NCBI GenBank assembly: GCA_937951895.1
Contig: CALFER010000038.1
Span: 67,029 to 131,028 of the forward strand
Source of the DNA: an uncultured bacterium
Lineage (GTDB): Bacteria > CSSED10-310 > CALFER01
Direction: 5' to 3'
Length of the DNA: 64,000 bases
This document shows, in pieces, positions 63,110 to 64,000 of the stretch. A model generated the notes under the pieces. It was not told the origin of the DNA. It saw only the letters and a list, made by a program, of their open reading frames with translations, and searched no databases. Made by a program: the position numbers and the translations under genes. Every line of letters begins with the position of its first letter. Position 1 is the stretch's first letter.

Positions 63110-64000
63110 TCACCAGGGTGAACAGGTGATATCGATCGAGTCGATTCCGTCTTCGCCGCCGATGATCCGAGACAGGTCCGGGGTCATGAGCGCGGCCCAG
63201 AATGTGAGGTGGAATTCGGTGTCGGTCGTGAATTCATGATCCAGTATCGTGTATTCCGCACCGTATCGCGCGGGGAGCATTTCGATCGGGTGCGCATGGA
63301 ATTCCTCGGTCCACGAGGGATAAAACCAGAACCGGTCGCCGAATTGCATCGCGACGACCAGCGCGGCAGGGATAGTGTCGAGGCTGTCGTGAAAAACGAA
63401 CGCTTTCAGCCAGCCGAGCGTAATCCAGTTGTCCGGATTCGCACATAATCGGACACCGGCTGCTTCAGGAGACATACTCAGAACCATCAGGCTGTTGCAT
63501 GGATATAAATCTCCATAATACAATGGGGTTACATTCACAGTGGTCGTGGCATGGATGCGATCGTCCTTGTCAATACACTGGTCGATATCGGAATATATGT
63601 ACATCGGTGCGGATTCCGTCTTCCGGTATCCATGTTCCATGAATCCGTAGGAATGAGTGAGCCCCTGATTCCTTCCCAGTAGATGAAAAAAACCTCGCTG
63701 ATCCAACTGAAGGGATACCTTGCTATAAGAATAAACATAACCTCGGTCCAGTACAAGCTTCGGATCCCCGGCAGATCGTTTCGTGTATCCGACTACAAGG
63801 TCGCCCCCTCCGGGACAGCCGCTGTGACTTGTATGAGCCAAGTGAATATCCCCATCCGGTCCCAGCATGAAATCCATATCCGAACTTTCGGAATGACAGG
63901 AGGATACTTCGGTGATCTGCCACTGTTCTTCAGTTCTGACTCCATAATAACTCAAGTTTCGCACCCCTGCATAAACAGTTGAGGATAAAGTATTTCGGCG
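63110..64000 (-). CDS. Secreted repeat protein, paralog 4 (5' end beyond window), with conserved C-terminal domain
   Basis: The ORF stays open to the window edge (the track's M at 63964 is a GTG codon and the frame continues upstream). C-terminal ...ALVVAMQFGDRFWFYPSWTEEF...HLTFWAALMTPDLSRIIGGEDGI. Confidence 0.6.
   Translation of the reverse strand, partial: RRNTLSSTVYAGVRNLSYYGVRTEEQWQITEVSSCHSESSDMDFMLGPDGDIHLAHTSHSGCPGGGDLVVGYTKRSAGDPKLVLDRGYVYSYSKVSLQLDQRGFFHLLGRNQGLTHSYGFMEHGYRKTESAPMYIYSDIDQCIDKDDRIHATTTVNVTPLYYGDLYPCNSLMVLSMSPEAAGVRLCANPDNWITLGWLKAFVFHDSLDTIPAALVVAMQFGDRFWFYPSWTEEFHAHPIEMLPARYGAEYTILDHEFTTDTEFHLTFWAALMTPDLSRIIGGEDGIDSIDITCSPW

Noticed and set aside
1-64000. Search for CRISPR arrays, rRNA, integrases/transposases or prophage genes
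   Set aside because: There are no direct-repeat/spacer arrays, no rRNA-like conserved stretches and no recombinase or transposase motifs in any frame. The window looks like core chromosome, not a mobile island.

Overview
This looks like a chromosomal segment of about 60% GC from an uncultivated, envelope-rich bacterium. I support roughly 50 protein-coding genes, mostly on the minus strand in tightly packed, translationally coupled operons. I did not find rRNA, tRNA, CRISPR arrays, transposases or integrases.

Identifiable content:
- Two Hanks-type Ser/Thr kinases (one fused to a polytopic membrane domain, one TPR-fused), an FHA-DUF4388 protein, a PilZ protein, an MglA-like Ras GTPase and a REC-GAF-HD-GYP response regulator.
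- An S8 subtilisin, an M48/HtpX-LemA pair, an NfeD-flotillin pair, FabH, a YdiJ-like FAD/Fe-S oxidoreductase translationally coupled to an MTH1187/YkoF gene, and a Nudix-UDG4 fusion.
- Three radical SAM enzymes (one B12-binding, two SPASM, one of them frameshifted) and an acyl-CoA/ACP synthetase-PlsC fusion.
- A lamin-tail-domain triple repeat protein and a 1000-aa parallel beta-helix surface protein with an exosortase/sortase-like C-terminal anchor.

The most interesting items:
- A seven-gene start/stop-overlapping operon (41.5-47.7 kb) encoding an octaheme and a heptaheme c-type cytochrome, a dihaem cytochrome b, a split YeeE/YedE sulfur-compound transporter and a rhodanese-like protein. I read it as a candidate uncharacterised sulfur-compound respiratory module.
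- A family of four paralogous secreted repeat proteins that share a conserved C-terminal domain of about 100 aa. The same domain ends the S8 protease, which suggests an unrecognised sorting or anchoring tag.
- A six-gene membrane-protein operon (23.4-28.9 kb) with a tandemly duplicated Fn3-containing gene pair and a redox-dead thioredoxin/Zn-ribbon protein.

Many long antisense ORFs in the six-frame track are high-GC artefacts and were rejected.
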